From Isorropodon fossajaponicum endosymbiont JTNG4 (lineage in GTDB: Bacteria; Pseudomonadota; Gammaproteobacteria; PS1; Pseudothioglobaceae): a stretch of 32,000 bases of DNA. Below are positions 30,081-32,000 of this stretch, one piece after another. The stretch covers positions 930,001 through 962,000 of the forward strand of contig NZ_AP013043.1 in the NCBI RefSeq assembly GCF_016592615.1, given 5' to 3'. The position numbers and the translations under genes are program-made. The stretch's first letter is position 1, and every line of letters starts with the position of its first letter. Below the pieces are notes generated by a model that saw only the letters and a program-made list of their open reading frames with translations, was not told where the DNA came from and made no database searches.

Positions 30081-30923
30081 ATGAAAAGCCCAATATTTGT
30101 AAAAAAATAGGCTTAGATGCACAAGCTTCTAAAGGTTGGTTTGGAGCTAACAAATATCTGATATTGCGCCGTTTTAGCCAAGTTGTTATTTTTACTAGGA
30201 CCTTGGTTTGATGTTTGGATTGTTAAAGGTAATTTAAGCTCAAGTTTAACGCTGAATATTGTGCCATTAACCGACCCTTATGTGTTGTTACAGTCTTTAT
30301 TTGTAGGTTATTCACTGATATTGGATGCACTAATAGGTGCGTTGATTGTGTTATTGTTGTACGCTATTATTGGTGGGAGAATGTTTTGTTCTTGGGTATG
30401 TCCAGTTAATATTGTGACTGATGCTGCCAGTTAGCTACGTTGCCAATTAAACATACAAAACAAAAGTGGTGGCGTTTCTAACAAAATGCGTTACTGGCTG
30501 TTAGGAATGAGTTTGTTATTAGCATGGCTGACAGGCACACTTGTTTGGGAATTGGTCAATCCTGTTTCTATTTTGCATCGAAGCATGAGTTTTGACTGGG
30601 GGTTAATCGCACTGATTTTTTTATTTGATTTGTTTGTGCTTAAAAATGGCTGGTGTTCTCACTTGTGCCCAGTTGGTGCATTTTATAGTTTGCTTGGTAA
30701 GAAGTCATTGTTACGGGTTAATGCACTGGCAAGAGAAAATTGTACAGATTGTTTGGAATGTTTTGCAGTTTGTCCAGAGTCACAAGCGATTAAGCCTACA
30801 CTTAAAGGCAATACAAGCAATATCATATTGGATAGTCATTGTACTAATTGTGGCCGTTGTATTGATATTTGCAAACCTAATGTTTTTGGTTTTACCAGTC
30901 GCTTTAAAAACACCATTAAATAA
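30081..30923 (+). pseudogene. napH: Periplasmic nitrate reductase membrane quinol-dehydrogenase subunit NapH pseudogene (two frameshifts and one in-frame TAG)
   Basis: It reads MKSPIFVKK / KIGLDAQASKGWFGANKYLILRRFSQVVIF / LLGPWFDVWIVKGNLSSSL..PLTDP..FCSWVCPVNIVTDAAS-TAG-LRCQL..MRYWLL..NPVS..GWCSHLCPVGAFY..CTDCLECFAVCP..CTNCGRCIDIC. This is collinear with E. coli NapH. Shifts occur at the A7 run (30101-30107) and the T5 run (30189-30193). The TAG at 30432-30434 sits where homologues have Trp. Confidence 0.85.
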
Positions 30924-31007
30924 AACATAAAAACAATCTATGTTAATGAAAGTTGATTGCTAATGATTTAAAGTTGCTGTTATCTTTAAATAGATGAGTT
31001 TAGTTGA

Positions 31008-31035
31008 TATTGGTATTGGTATTGGTATTGGTATT
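31008..31035. repeat. Hexanucleotide microsatellite (TATTGG/ATTGGT) x 4.7, followed by a T8 run (31034-31041)
   Basis: Direct reading gives gaTATTGGTATTGGTATTGGTATTGGTATTtttttt. It ends 6 nt before the GAGGAG RBS of napA. Confidence 0.95.
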
Positions 31036-31056
31036 TTTTTTGAGGAGAGTAAATAA

Positions 31057-32000
31057 ATGAGCATTACAAGAAGAGCGTTTATAAAAAATAGCGCAATAGC
31101 AGCTACTACAACAACTGCTGGGGTGATAATACCAGGCATTGCACTTGCTAATACAAGTAAAGATGAGGTGAAATGGGACAAAATCCCTTGTCGCTTTTGT
31201 GGTACGGGTTGTTCAGTTTTTGTAGAGGTTAAGGATGACAAAATTATTGCCTCACAAGGCGACCCTGACGCGTCAGTCAATAAAGGTCTTAATTGCATCA
31301 AGGGCTATTTTCTTTCAAAAATTATGTATGGCAAGGATCGTTTAACCCGGCCATTACTCAGAAAAACAAATGGCAAGTATGATAAAAACGGCCAATTTGA
31401 AGTCGTATTATGGGATGAGACTTTTGACATTATGGCAGATAAATTTAAAGCTGCCATCAAGCAATCCAACAAAGAAAACGAAGGTAAGCCTGTTGATAAA
31501 ATGACCTCAGGTGTTGGTATGTTCGGCCCTGACCAATGGACGGTATGGGAAGGATATGCTGCTTACAAACTGTTTAAAGCTGGTTTTCGTTCAAACAATA
31601 TTGACCCTAATGCACGCCATTGTATGGCGTCAGCTGTGGGTGCATTTATTCGCGCTTTTGGCTCAGATGAGCCAATGGGTTGTTATGATAATTTTGAACA
31701 TGGTGATGCGTTTGTGTTGTGGGGTTCAAATATGGCTGAAATGCACCCCATTTTGTGGTCACGCATTTCAGACACGTGCCTAACCAAACCAAACACAGAA
31801 GTGCATGTTTTATCCACTTTTGAGCACCGCTCTTTTGAGTTGGCTGATAATGGCGTGATTATGCACCCACAATCAGATTTAGCCATTCTTAATTATATTA
31901 TTGAGAATAAAGCTTACAACAAAGAATTTATTGAAAAGCATGTTAATTTCAAAAAAACACCTACTGATATTGGTTATGGCTTGCGTCCAGAACATCCCTT
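31057..32000 (+). CDS. napA: Periplasmic nitrate reductase catalytic subunit NapA (5' part, continues beyond the window)
   Basis: It is not in the ORF track because no stop falls within the window. My manual translation is open for 314 codons. It has the Tat signal [10 protein letters not shown]...ALA and the [4Fe-4S] motif CRFCGTGC. Long identity runs to E. coli NapA include [54 protein letters not shown] and [17 protein letters not shown] lies 9 nt upstream of the ATG. Confidence 0.92.
   Translation, partial: MSITRRAFIKNSAIAATTTTAGVIIPGIALANTSKDEVKWDKIPCRFCGTGCSVFVEVKDDKIIASQGDPDASVNKGLNCIKGYFLSKIMYGKDRLTRPLLRKTNGKYDKNGQFEVVLWDETFDIMADKFKAAIKQSNKENEGKPVDKMTSGVGMFGPDQWTVWEGYAAYKLFKAGFRSNNIDPNARHCMASAVGAFIRAFGSDEPMGCYDNFEHGDAFVLWGSNMAEMHPILWSRISDTCLTKPNTEVHVLSTFEHRSFELADNGVIMHPQSDLAILNYIIENKAYNKEFIEKHVNFKKTPTDIGYGLRPEHP

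Noticed and set aside
31804-31816. A DnaA-box-like TTATCCACT, and the strand switch at about 12.7 kb, considered as a possible replication origin signature.
   Set aside because: There is a single imperfect box inside the napA coding sequence. There is no cluster of boxes or AT-rich 13-mers in the 12669-12748 spacer, and no dnaA/dnaN context.

Overview
This is an AT-rich chromosomal segment whose gene content looks gammaproteobacterial. I cannot assign a taxon without a database search.

Housekeeping genes are intact, tightly packed and often translationally coupled:
- Minus strand: pcnB, queF, lptF, rho, trxA, glnD, gltX.
- Plus strand: a Mth938-like gene followed by rodA, mltB, a PBP5/6 carboxypeptidase, dat, amgK and murU.
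- Plus strand, continued: ffs (SRP RNA), dnaX, ybaB, recR, valS, an SH3-domain protein gene, guaB, and the 5' part of napA.

Every accessory locus is degraded:
- One IS3-family element is present three times. One copy is an internal fragment. Two copies (1302 bp and 1143 bp) have complete imperfect 27-bp TG...CA inverted repeats.
- A fragment of a second IS is also present.
- About ten gene remnants or pseudogenes occur: HPP, SDR, an RTX-type Ca-binding protein, a second Ca-binding scrap, a SAM methyltransferase, a roxA/ycfD-like cupin, napG, napH and the IS genes themselves.
- The lesions are IS truncations, indels mostly in or next to short homopolymer runs, and G->A nonsense changes (TGG->TAG).

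I found no CRISPR array, no tRNA or rRNA gene, and no discrete multi-gene system of novel type.

The points most worth follow-up are:
1. The NapGH module has decayed next to an apparently intact napA.
2. All three IS copies are defective in different ways and share an in-frame TGA in the OrfAB transframe region.
3. dnaX carries an A9 run positioned like a tau/gamma recoding site.
4. A hexanucleotide microsatellite sits directly upstream of napA.
5. There is a nested IS scar containing an 18-bp perfect palindrome.

All homology statements come from my recognition of motifs, not from searches.
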